Shown here: positions 7,892 through 16,174 of the stretch, in pieces
Numbering within the stretch: the stretch's first letter is position 1
Layout: each line of letters opens with the position of its first letter
Source of the DNA: Gemmatimonadales bacterium
GTDB lineage: Bacteria; Gemmatimonadota; Gemmatimonadetes; Gemmatimonadales; GWC2-71-9
DNA length: 34,183 nucleotides
Direction: 5' to 3'
NCBI GenBank assembly: GCA_035278325.1
Contig: DATEJD010000458.1
Location: 1-34,183, forward strand
Notes under the pieces: model-generated
What the model was told of the DNA's origin: nothing
Databases searched by the model: none
What the model saw: only the letters and a program-made list of their open reading frames with translations
Position numbers and translations under genes: made by a program

Positions 7892-10806
7892 CGCTTGGCG
7901 TCCAGCCAGTTGGGGCCCACCCCGATATCCACCACCAGCGGCACCCGCAGCTCCACCACGTGCTCCATGTGCTCGCGCACCAGCCGGCCCAGGGCCTCGA
8001 TCTCTTCGGGCGGCGCCTCGAAGACCAGCTCGTCGTGGACCTGCAGCAGCATGCGGCTCCGAAGCTTGTGCTCCCGAATCGCGTCATGGATCCGGATCAT
8101 CGCCAGCTTGATGAGATCGGCCGCCGAGCCCTGGAGGGGTGAGTTCTGCGCGTTCCGCTCACCGTAGGCCCGCATGTTGAAGTTGCGGTCCTTGATCTCG
8201 GGGATGTAGCGGCGGCGCTTGAAGATGGTCTCGACGTAGCCCTGCTCGCGCGCCAGCCGGATCTGGCGATCGAGGAAGCCGCGCACCCCGGCGAAGCGCT
8301 CGAAGTACCGGGCGATGAAGTTCTTCGCGTCGTCCATCGAGATGCCGAGCTGCCGGCTGAGCGCGAACGGGCCCTGGCCGTAGATGGTGGCGAAGTTGAT
8401 GGTCTTGGCCCGCGCCCGCATGTCGGCCGTCACCTGCTCGAGCGGGACGTTGAAGATGAGCGCGGCCGTCTGGCGATGGATGTCGCCACCCTGGTGGAAC
8501 GCTTCGATGAACGCCGGGTCGCCCGAGAGATGCGCCATGATGCGCAGCTCGATCTGCGAGTAGTCGGCCACCAGGAACTGCCAGCCGGCCCGGGGCACGA
8601 ACCCACGCCGGATCTCTTCTCCGCGCGGGGTGCGGACCGGGATGTTCTGCAGGTTGGGGTCGGACGAGCTGAGGCGGCCGGTAGCGGCGCCGGTCTGGTT
8701 GAAGCTGGTGTGGATCCGTCCGGTGTGGCGGTTCACCGTGGCGGGCAGCGTGTCGACGTAGGTGCTCTTGAGCTTCTGCAGCTCGCGGTAGTCGAGAATG
8801 AGGCGCGGCAGGGCGTGCCCCATGGCGGCCAGCTGCTCGAGCACGTCCGCGTCGGTACTGGGGCCGGTCTTGGTGCGCTTGAGCACGGGCAGCTGCTGCT
8901 TGTCGAACAGGATCGTGGCGAGCTGCCGCGGCGAGTTGAGATTGAGGGCCTCGCCCGCCACCGTGGCGATCTCCCCCTCGAGCCGGCGGAGCTCCGCGCT
9001 CAGCTCGGCGTCGAGCCGGGCGAACACCGCCGGGTCGATCGAGATGCCGTCCCACTCCATGTCGGTGAGCACCGGGACCAGCGGCATCTCGATCTCGCGC
9101 AGCAGCGGCTCCATCGCGATGTCCCTGAGCGCGGGCGCGAAGTAGTCGTGCAGGGCCAGCACGGTCGTCGCATCGCTGCCGCAGTAGCTCGCCGCGGCCG
9201 GCACCGACACCTCGGCGAACGGGATCTGCGCCTTGCCCCGGCCGGTGAGATCGGCGTAGGTCTGGAGGGTGCGGCCGAAATGCTCCAGGCAGAGCGTATC
9301 GATCGCGTGCGATCGGCGGCCGGGATCGAGGACGAAGCTCGCCAGCATCGAATCGTAGGCCACGCCCGCCAGCTCGACGCCCGCGCGCCGCAGCACCTGC
9401 CAGTCGTACTTCACGTTGTGGGCGGCCTTCTTGACCGACGGATCCTCGAGCAGTGCCACCAGGGGCGCCATGGCGAAATCGCCGATGGGCGGCAGGTTCT
9501 TCACCGGCTCCGGTGCCGCCAGCTCACCCCCCGACGGCACGTGGCCGAGCGGCAGATACCACACCTCCGTCGGGCTCGCGGCCAGCGAGAGCCCCACCAG
9601 CTCGGCGTCGTGCGGGGCCAGCGAGGTCGTTTCGGCGTCGAGACCGACCAGGGGAGCGGCGCGGAGCCGCGCGATCAGCGCAGGCAGCTCATCCGGGTCG
9701 TCGAGGACGGTGACCTCGAGCGTCCGCTCCTCGTCGAGCGCGTGCCAGTCGGCGGCGGTCGCCGGGAGCGTCGCGGTGGCCGCCTGCGCGGCTTCGCCCG
9801 CGCCCGACTCGGGCGCCGGCGCGCCATACGAACCCGCGCTGTCGTCGGGCACCGTCGCCGGCGTTGCCGCGGCCGGCGGGACGGTTTCGGCGGTCCCCGC
9901 TCCCCCCGGGCCGCCCAGCCGCTTGGCCAGGGAGAAGAATTCGAGCTCGGTCAGGATCCGGATGAGCGCGTCCCGGTCCGGCTCGCGCAGCACGAGATCG
10001 TCCACGTCGAGCTCGACCGGCACGTCGCGCTTGATGGTGACGAGCTCCCTCGAGAGCCGGGCGTTGTCGGCCTGGCCGATCAGTGCCTCCCGGGTACGCT
10101 TGGCGGTGATCTCGGAGGCGCGTGCGAGGATGGTGTCCAGGTCGCCGTAGTCGGCGAGCAGCTTCTGCGCGCCCTTCTCGCCGATGCCCTTGACGCCGGG
10201 GACGTTGTCGGAGCTGTCGCCCACCAGTGCCAGGAAATCCACCACCTGCTGCGGGGGCACCCCCAGCCGCTCGGCGCCGTTCGACTCATCCACCCACACC
10301 TCGTCCACCGCCGCCGGGCCGCCGCGCCCGGGGTTCAGCAGGGTGATGCCCGGACCGATGAGCTGATAGAAATCCTTGTCGCCCGAGACGATTACCGAGC
10401 GGAGGCCGCGGGCCGCGCCGGCGGTGGCCAGGGTACCGATGACATCGTCGGCCTCGTAGCCGCGCACCGCCACCAGCGGAATCCGGAACGCGTCGAGCAG
10501 CGCGCAGATCCGCTCGACGGCGCGATCGAAATCGGCCTGCAGCGAGTCGTCCAGCTTCTCGCGGGTGGACTTGTATTCGGGATAGCGCGCTTCGCGGAAC
10601 GAGGTGCCCGCGTCGTTGACCCAGGCCACGTAGTCGGGCCGGTACTTGTCGCGCAGCCGAAGGAGGAAGTTCACCACGCCCCAGGCGGCGGAGGTGTTCT
10701 CCCCCTTGGTGGTCCGGAGCGGTCTCGCGATCATCGCGAAGAAGGCGCGATAGATCAGCGCATAGCCGTCGATGAGGAAGAGCTGGGGCGGAGTGTGGTT
10801 GGGCAT
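7888..10806 (-). CDS. polA: DNA polymerase I (5' nuclease, 3'-5' exonuclease and polymerase domains)
   Basis: 972 aa from ATG 10806 (MPNHTPPQLFLIDGYALIYRAFFA...). Exo motifs LVGLDAETTSL, HNVKYDWQVL, YCGSDATTVL. Pol motifs DYSQIELRIMAHLS, RARAKTINFATIYG, QVHDELVFE. The track ORF 7888..11373 is extended upstream into the neighbouring gene in another frame. Confidence 0.95.
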   Translation of the reverse strand: MPNHTPPQLFLIDGYALIYRAFFAMIARPLRTTKGENTSAAWGVVNFLLRLRDKYRPDYVAWVNDAGTSFREARYPEYKSTREKLDDSLQADFDRAVERICALLDAFRIPLVAVRGYEADDVIGTLATAGAARGLRSVIVSGDKDFYQLIGPGITLLNPGRGGPAAVDEVWVDESNGAERLGVPPQQVVDFLALVGDSSDNVPGVKGIGEKGAQKLLADYGDLDTILARASEITAKRTREALIGQADNARLSRELVTIKRDVPVELDVDDLVLREPDRDALIRILTELEFFSLAKRLGGPGGAGTAETVPPAAATPATVPDDSAGSYGAPAPESGAGEAAQAATATLPATAADWHALDEERTLEVTVLDDPDELPALIARLRAAPLVGLDAETTSLAPHDAELVGLSLAASPTEVWYLPLGHVPSGGELAAPEPVKNLPPIGDFAMAPLVALLEDPSVKKAAHNVKYDWQVLRRAGVELAGVAYDSMLASFVLDPGRRSHAIDTLCLEHFGRTLQTYADLTGRGKAQIPFAEVSVPAAASYCGSDATTVLALHDYFAPALRDIAMEPLLREIEMPLVPVLTDMEWDGISIDPAVFARLDAELSAELRRLEGEIATVAGEALNLNSPRQLATILFDKQQLPVLKRTKTGPSTDADVLEQLAAMGHALPRLILDYRELQKLKSTYVDTLPATVNRHTGRIHTSFNQTGAATGRLSSSDPNLQNIPVRTPRGEEIRRGFVPRAGWQFLVADYSQIELRIMAHLSGDPAFIEAFHQGGDIHRQTAALIFNVPLEQVTADMRARAKTINFATIYGQGPFALSRQLGISMDDAKNFIARYFERFAGVRGFLDRQIRLAREQGYVETIFKRRRYIPEIKDRNFNMRAYGERNAQNSPLQGSAADLIKLAMIRIHDAIREHKLRSRMLLQVHDELVFEAPPEEIEALGRLVREHMEHVVELRVPLVVDIGVGPNWLDAKR

Positions 10807-10821
10807 CAGAGGGAAGATAAG

Positions 10822-10860
10822 GGCGAAAAGCGAGGGCGCCCTGCCCTGGCGGGCGCCCTT
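10822..10860 (-). terminator. Rho-independent terminator downstream of the GWxTD gene
   Basis: GGGCGCCC (10834-10841) pairs with GGGCGCCC (10851-10858); the 8-mer is self-complementary and the loop is 9 nt. On the minus strand it is followed by CTCGCTTTTCG. Confidence 0.6.
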
Positions 10861-10862
10861 GT

Positions 10863-10899
10863 CCCGGAGGAAGCCCCTGCCCCGGAGGAAGCCCCCTGC
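10863..10899. repeat. Tandem 18/19-bp direct repeat (CCCGGAGGAAGCCCC(C)TGC x2 plus a degenerate third copy to 10916)
   Basis: Read directly. It lies immediately 3' of the GWxTD stop. On the transcribed (minus) strand it reads GGGCAGGG...GGGGCAGGGGG...GGGGCAGGGG. Confidence 0.8.
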
Positions 10900-10916
10900 C
10901 CCGAGGCTTCCCTGCC

Positions 10917-12254
10917 CTAGCTCTGGCGCCGCAGCCTGGCCAGCGTGCGCTCGTAATCCGCGCGGCTGGTGGGGAGGAGCCGGAGGCGTCCGAATCCGCT
11001 CTCGTCCCGGAAGAAGAGCTCGAGCCGCAGGTTGATATAGCTCCAGCGCAGGATCCGGTTGGCGGTCGTGCCAGGCGTGTTTTCGACCACTTCGTCGGGC
11101 GGGCCCAGGTTGACGTAGACCTCGCCGCGATCGGTGCGCCAGCCGGGCACGCCCTCGTCGTTGAACCGCTGGTTGGCCTGGGCGATCCGGGTGAAGTACG
11201 AGTTGAGCGCTTCGTTCTCGGGCGTGGCGGTATTGGGATCGGTCGAGGTGTAGAATTCCCGCCACAGGCGCGCCCGTTCGGATTCGGGCGCCTTCCGCAT
11301 CGCGTTCACCTCTTCGTCGTGCCCGAAGTAGCGCAGCAGATCCAGCATCTCGTCGAAATTGGTGACCACCCACGCATTGGTGAACGAGACGAGAGCGGAG
11401 ACCTGGCGTTCGTTGGTCCCTTCCCCAACGATCAGCTTGAGCTCGCCCAGTGCCACGCTGTCCGGCGACAGTCGAACCACCTGGCTCTCGACCGGGTGGC
11501 CGCCGCGGAAATGGAGCTCATTCTGGTGCACCACGTTCTGCTGCTCGTCCACCACCTTGAACGGCACGGTGGTCGGCTTGGTGAAGGCGTAGCCCTCGAT
11601 GTAGGCCAGCAGCGTGTCGCTGCCGTACCCCACCGAGCCACGCGGATTCAGCACCAGGTTGAGTGGATCGGTCAGGGTCCCCCGCCCCGTCGCCTGGTAC
11701 GCGAGGATGGGGGCGCTGGTGGTGCCGGCGGCAAAGCTCGGCGCGGTGAAGTCGGCCTGGGCGCGGCTCTCGGACGTGGATCCGACGTCGCGCACCGTCG
11801 CGCTCACGTGGTAGGTACCCGGCGTGAGCCGAAGGATCTGCTGAAACAGGATGCTCTCGTCGGCCCGCTGGGTCTCCTGGAACGTGGGCACCCGCACGAT
11901 CTCCTCCCGGGCCACGTCCACCGAGGGCACGCCCTCGCGCTTGAATGACAGGCTCACCCGGTACCGCGCCACGAAGACGTTCCCTTCCCGCTGGAACGCG
12001 AGCGACCGGTTCTCGAGCGAGAGGCCGAAGACGCCGATCACGGAGTCCGCCGGCGCCCCTGCGAACGCGACCGTGCCCACGAACGGCAGCGGTTGGTCAG
12101 CCGCCAGACGCCCGAGGCGCTGGTAGTACTGGGTGGTGTTGAGCACCCGGGTGAGGGTTTCCGACGGCGTGGGCTCGCGCTCGCTGCCCACGCGGCTCCA
12201 GCTGCCGCAGCCGAGGGACGCCACGAGCCCGAGTGAGAGAACCAGCCGACGCAT
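10917..12254 (-). CDS. GWxTD domain-containing lipoprotein
   Basis: GWRTDRGEVYVNLGPPDEV motif near the C-terminus. Start preferred at ATG 12254 (MRRLVLSLGLVASLGCGS, lipobox L-G-C, GGAG 7 nt upstream) rather than the track start 12323. Confidence 0.8.
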   Translation of the reverse strand: MRRLVLSLGLVASLGCGSWSRVGSEREPTPSETLTRVLNTTQYYQRLGRLAADQPLPFVGTVAFAGAPADSVIGVFGLSLENRSLAFQREGNVFVARYRVSLSFKREGVPSVDVAREEIVRVPTFQETQRADESILFQQILRLTPGTYHVSATVRDVGSTSESRAQADFTAPSFAAGTTSAPILAYQATGRGTLTDPLNLVLNPRGSVGYGSDTLLAYIEGYAFTKPTTVPFKVVDEQQNVVHQNELHFRGGHPVESQVVRLSPDSVALGELKLIVGEGTNERQVSALVSFTNAWVVTNFDEMLDLLRYFGHDEEVNAMRKAPESERARLWREFYTSTDPNTATPENEALNSYFTRIAQANQRFNDEGVPGWRTDRGEVYVNLGPPDEVVENTPGTTANRILRWSYINLRLELFFRDESGFGRLRLLPTSRADYERTLARLRRQS

Positions 12255-12379
12255 CGGAGACTCCGGAAGAAAGCGGATGGACGCGCGCGATTGCCGGCGC
12301 GGCGGAAGGTTAAAGTCGCTCACGGGAACGCCTCACGCAACTTGCTGCGAGCACGGATTCTCGGTACCTTGGCGGATCC

Positions 12380-13276
12380 ATGAGCACCGACAACCTGGTG
12401 GGACGGACGGTGGCCGGGTACCACCTCGCGGAGTACATCGGCGAGGGCGGCACGGCCACGGTCTATCGCGCGGAGCACCCCGAGCGTGGCCGCGCCGCGG
12501 TCAAGATCCTGCGGCCTCGGCTGGCGCAGGACCCCATCGCGGTCAAGCGATTCCTGCGCGAAGCGGAGTATGGCGCCCGGGTAAGCCATCCCAACATCGT
12601 GCAGACCTACGACTACGGCGCCACCGACGGATTGCATTACCTGGCCCTCGAGTGGGCCCAGGGCGAGCCGCTGGCCGAGTTCATCAACCGATCGGGGCAG
12701 CTCGCGCCTCCGCTGGTGGCCACCATCGTCGAGCAGCTGGGCGCGGCGCTCGCCAGCGCGCACAAGGCCGGGATCATTCATCGGGACCTCAAGCCCGCCA
12801 ACATCATGTACGATCCCGCGAGCCAGAAGGCCAAGCTGCTGGACTTCGGGATCGCGCGCGACGCGGAGCTCAGCCCGGAGGAGCGACTCACCCGCGCCGG
12901 CTTCTTCGTAGGAACGCTCCAGTATGTAGCGCCCGAGACACTGAGCGGTGAGCTGGTGAACGAGCAGGCCGACGTGTACAGTCTGGCGACGATCGCGTAC
13001 TACATGCTGACGACGGAGTTGCCGTTCACCGGCAAGAGTCCGAGGGAGTTGTTCCAGCAACTACTTACACAGAGCCCGGTACCGCTCAACCAAGCCGTTA
13101 AAGGGCTTCGATTTCCGGCCCCGGTCGAGGCGGCGGTCATGCGAGGGCTGGAGCGGGATCTGACCAAGCGTTCCAAGACGGTGGACGAATTCGCCACCGA
13201 GTTGTGCACGGCCATCCGGAACGGCGGAGGAAAGCGAGGCTTCCTGGCCTCGCTGTTCGGCAAGGGCGGGGAGTGA
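12380..13276 (+). CDS. Hanks-type serine/threonine protein kinase (catalytic domain only, short C-terminal tail)
   Basis: GEGGTATVY (G-loop), AAVKIL (VAIK-like), HRDLKPANIM, DFGIAR, and an APE-like motif (YVAPE). 298 aa, no TM segment or sensor domain. Confidence 0.85.
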   Translation: MSTDNLVGRTVAGYHLAEYIGEGGTATVYRAEHPERGRAAVKILRPRLAQDPIAVKRFLREAEYGARVSHPNIVQTYDYGATDGLHYLALEWAQGEPLAEFINRSGQLAPPLVATIVEQLGAALASAHKAGIIHRDLKPANIMYDPASQKAKLLDFGIARDAELSPEERLTRAGFFVGTLQYVAPETLSGELVNEQADVYSLATIAYYMLTTELPFTGKSPRELFQQLLTQSPVPLNQAVKGLRFPAPVEAAVMRGLERDLTKRSKTVDEFATELCTAIRNGGGKRGFLASLFGKGGE

Positions 13277-13845
13277 GCGACGCGGAACAACTCCGCCGCC
13301 TGTTGCTCGAGCGATCGGTCCGCCGCGGCGACTTCGTTCTCGCCTCAGGGCAACGTTCTTCCTACTACATCGACTGTCGCCCCACCACCATGAGCGCCGA
13401 GGGCCAGGTGCTCATCGGTCGACTGGGGCTGGCCGCGCTCCAGGCGGCGGGCTGGCATCCGCGCGCGATCGGCGGGCTCACCATGGGCGCCGACCCGGTG
13501 GCCTACGCCATCGCGGCCGCGAGCTGGGGCAGCGGCTCGAGCATCGACGCGTTCAGCGTTCGGAAGGAAGCCAAGGGACACGGGACCGGCCGTCTGATCG
13601 AAGGGAACTTCCAGGCCGGCGATTCCGTGGTGGTGGTCGAGGACGTGATCACCTCCGGCGGGTCCGCCGAGCGGGCGATCTCGGCCATCCAGGAAGCCGG
13701 CGGCCGGGTGCTTGGCGTGCTGGCCGTGGTCGATCGGGAGCAGGGGGGCAGGGAACACCTCGCCCAGCTCGGCCATAAGGTTGTTTCCATTACAACTACT
13801 ACAGCGCTCGGCCTGATGGCCAGTGCGGCAGGCTCAGCACAGTAA
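13273..13845 (+). CDS. pyrE: Orotate phosphoribosyltransferase
   Basis: 190 aa from GTG 13273, which overlaps the kinase stop as GTGA. GDFVLASGQRSSYYIDCR and PRPP-binding loop VVVVEDVITSGGS. The track start 13204 lies inside the kinase gene. Confidence 0.85.
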   Translation: MSDAEQLRRLLLERSVRRGDFVLASGQRSSYYIDCRPTTMSAEGQVLIGRLGLAALQAAGWHPRAIGGLTMGADPVAYAIAAASWGSGSSIDAFSVRKEAKGHGTGRLIEGNFQAGDSVVVVEDVITSGGSAERAISAIQEAGGRVLGVLAVVDREQGGREHLAQLGHKVVSITTTTALGLMASAAGSAQ

Positions 13846-13936
13846 AGAGCTTGTACCTGCGTGGCCTGACGGCAGGGCGCGCTGCTGCCCATGCGGTCCG
13901 GCTGGTCCCAAGGACGGATCGGATCACGCGTGAGGG

Positions 13937-16174
13937 TCAGGTCAGCTCGATCCGCACCTGCAGCGGCTCGCCGTCGACGCTGAGAAGGTTGGCCAGCGTC
14001 CGGGTCCCGTGACGCCGGAACTGGAGCGCCACGCGCGACCGGCCGATGGCCAGCCCGGAAACCGTGAGATCGCCGAGGAAGTCCGGCAGGACCGGATCGC
14101 GAACGTGGAGGATCCGCGCCGGAGCTTCGGCGTAGATCCCGAGCATGGCCTGGAGCAGCATGTAGAGCGACCCGGAGGCCCATGCCTGGGGCGAGCAGCT
14201 CACCGGGTAGTTCACCGGACGGGCACTCCGCTGGCGCGTCATGCCACAGTACAGCTCCGGCAGCCGCATGAAGTCGGAATGAACGCCCGCCTCGTACATG
14301 GCTCGCACGATGGGCGCGGCCGCGCGCGCGTGCCCGTGGAGCGCCATGCCGAGGACCATGATGGCGTTGTCGTGCGGCCAGATCGAGCCGTTGTGGTAGC
14401 TCATCGGGTTGAAGACGGGGTGCGACGCGCTCAGCGTCCGCACGCCCCAACCGGAGAAGAAGTCCGCCTCCAACAGTCGGGCCGAGAGTCGTCGCGCCAT
14501 CTCGGGCGTGGGCACCCGACTCCACAGCAGGTGGCCGGCGTTGCTGGCGGCGGTGGGCACCGGCCGCTTGCGCCCGTCCAGGGCGATGGCAAACGTCCCC
14601 AGCTTGTCCATCCAGAACGCCGAGCGGATCCGGTTCCGGAGCTCCGAGGCCTCGCGGCGGAGTGCCGCACTCCGCTCGGGCTGGCCCAGGTGCCGGAACA
14701 GCTCGGCCATCCGCAGCTTGGCGTCGTACACGTAGCCCTGCACTTCGACCAGCGCGATCGGCGGCTCGGGCAGCCGGCCATCGGGGAAGGGGACCCCGTC
14801 GCCCGAATCCTTCCAACCCTGATTCACCAGCCCCTTCGGTGACGTGCGGGCGTACTCGACGAAGCCGTCGCCGTCCAGGTCGCCGTAGCGCGCGATCCAG
14901 TCGAGGGCCCGCTCGGCGTGCGGCAGGAGGTCCCGAGCGAGGTCCAGATCGCCGGTCCAGCGCCAGGCCTCGTGCAGCAGGATGAGCCACAGCGGGGTGG
15001 CATCGACGCTCCCGTAGTAGGGCACGTGCGGGATCTCACCGCTCCGCGCCATCTCGCCTCGACGAAGCTCGTGGAGAATCTTGCCCGGCTGCTCCTCGGT
15101 AAACGCGTCTTCCCGCTCGCCCTGGCGCCGCGCGAGATAGCGGAGCGTATCGACGGCGATGCGCGGCTGGAGCGGCAGGGTCTGGAGGGACGTGATGATC
15201 GAGTCGCGGCCGAAGACAGTCGAGTACCAAGGGATGCCGGCCGAGATGACGGGATCGCCATCGACTCGGACGTACAAGGCACGGAGGTCGTCGGCGGCAC
15301 GGTACAGGAGCGAGTCGAAGTCGGCGACGTCGGTTTCCCACCGGCTGTTCCCCTCGTGCCATGCCCGGTAGACCCGGTCGAGCGCTGGGCGGCATTCATC
15401 CAGCCCGCGGATGGCTGGCGCGACGCGGTCGGTCCCGTCGACCGCCGAGATCTCCCACTCGAGCTCGATGGGACGGTCGGGCTCGAGCCGCAGATTCCAG
15501 CGGGCGCTGTGCTCGGTGAGCCGGTCGGGGCGGCGAGCGAAGCGGATCACGGTTCGGATCAGACGACCGTCGCGGCCGCGGTAGGCGAGCTCGATGGTGT
15601 CGGCCTGCGCGCGGGGAGCGAAATACTGGCCCCGGACCTCGCGCCGCCATCCGCGCACCTCGAAAATGTCCGCGAAATCGGACCCGAAGGCGAGCTCGAC
15701 CCAGTAGTCGGTAGGGACGCCCAGATACCCGGTCAGGGTCACGCGCTCCGCCAGACGGTCGTCGAGCGCGAGCTCCCGGCGGATGTGAACCACGTTCCTG
15801 GGGTCCCAGGGATCGCCACCGAACGCCAGATTGGAGATCGCCAGGTCGACCTGGGCGCCGTACGCGCTGGGCACCTGGGCCGATAGCAGATCGGGGCCGC
15901 CGCCGTGGAAGGACAGGGCGTAGTGGCTCAGGATCCGGGTGTCGTCCTGGAACAGACCCAGCGAGCACACCCCGGCCGGCGCGATGTTGCCGTGGAGATC
16001 GGCCAGCATGAACAGCCGATCGTGCTTGAGCACCAGAGCGCGCTCGGCCAGACGCTCGCTGGCGCACTCGATGGTGGGGTAGCCCACGGCTTCCGTCATC
16101 GAGACGGGCCGCAGGTCGGTGCTCAGGTGCTCTGCGAGCCCCGCGTGCGGGGGGGCTGCGGCCGTACGGCTCAT
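13937..16174 (-). CDS. Amylo-alpha-1,6-glucosidase family protein (GDE_N_bis plus GDE_C (alpha/alpha)6 barrel, archaeal-type debranching-enzyme-like)
   Basis: 745 aa from ATG 16174, which overlaps the GT4 stop as ATGA. GIPWYSTVFGRDSIITSLQ, YYGSVDATPLWLILLHE, GLVNQGWKDSGD, YHNGSIWPHDN are characteristic. The track start 16435 lies inside the upstream gene. Confidence 0.8.
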   Translation of the reverse strand: MSRTAAAPPHAGLAEHLSTDLRPVSMTEAVGYPTIECASERLAERALVLKHDRLFMLADLHGNIAPAGVCSLGLFQDDTRILSHYALSFHGGGPDLLSAQVPSAYGAQVDLAISNLAFGGDPWDPRNVVHIRRELALDDRLAERVTLTGYLGVPTDYWVELAFGSDFADIFEVRGWRREVRGQYFAPRAQADTIELAYRGRDGRLIRTVIRFARRPDRLTEHSARWNLRLEPDRPIELEWEISAVDGTDRVAPAIRGLDECRPALDRVYRAWHEGNSRWETDVADFDSLLYRAADDLRALYVRVDGDPVISAGIPWYSTVFGRDSIITSLQTLPLQPRIAVDTLRYLARRQGEREDAFTEEQPGKILHELRRGEMARSGEIPHVPYYGSVDATPLWLILLHEAWRWTGDLDLARDLLPHAERALDWIARYGDLDGDGFVEYARTSPKGLVNQGWKDSGDGVPFPDGRLPEPPIALVEVQGYVYDAKLRMAELFRHLGQPERSAALRREASELRNRIRSAFWMDKLGTFAIALDGRKRPVPTAASNAGHLLWSRVPTPEMARRLSARLLEADFFSGWGVRTLSASHPVFNPMSYHNGSIWPHDNAIMVLGMALHGHARAAAPIVRAMYEAGVHSDFMRLPELYCGMTRQRSARPVNYPVSCSPQAWASGSLYMLLQAMLGIYAEAPARILHVRDPVLPDFLGDLTVSGLAIGRSRVALQFRRHGTRTLANLLSVDGEPLQVRIELT

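Noticed and set aside
8476-10920. 814-aa plus-strand ORF
   Set aside because: It is fully antisense to polA. The composition is Arg/Gly/Pro/His-rich and low-complexity, with no recognisable motifs. This is a typical shadow ORF of high-GC DNA.
10807-11373. N-terminal roughly 190-codon extension of the polA track ORF
   Set aside because: It overlaps the GWxTD gene in another frame and spans its terminator. The sequence is Arg-rich nonsense. The canonical Pol I N-terminus begins at ATG 10806.
12255-12379. Sigma-54-like or ECF-like promoter (GGAAC..., CAC-gcaac-TTGCT) in the GWxTD/kinase divergent region
   Set aside because: The -24 GG dinucleotide is missing (CCTCAC instead of TGGCAC), and no CGTC-type -10 lies at ECF spacing after GGAAC.
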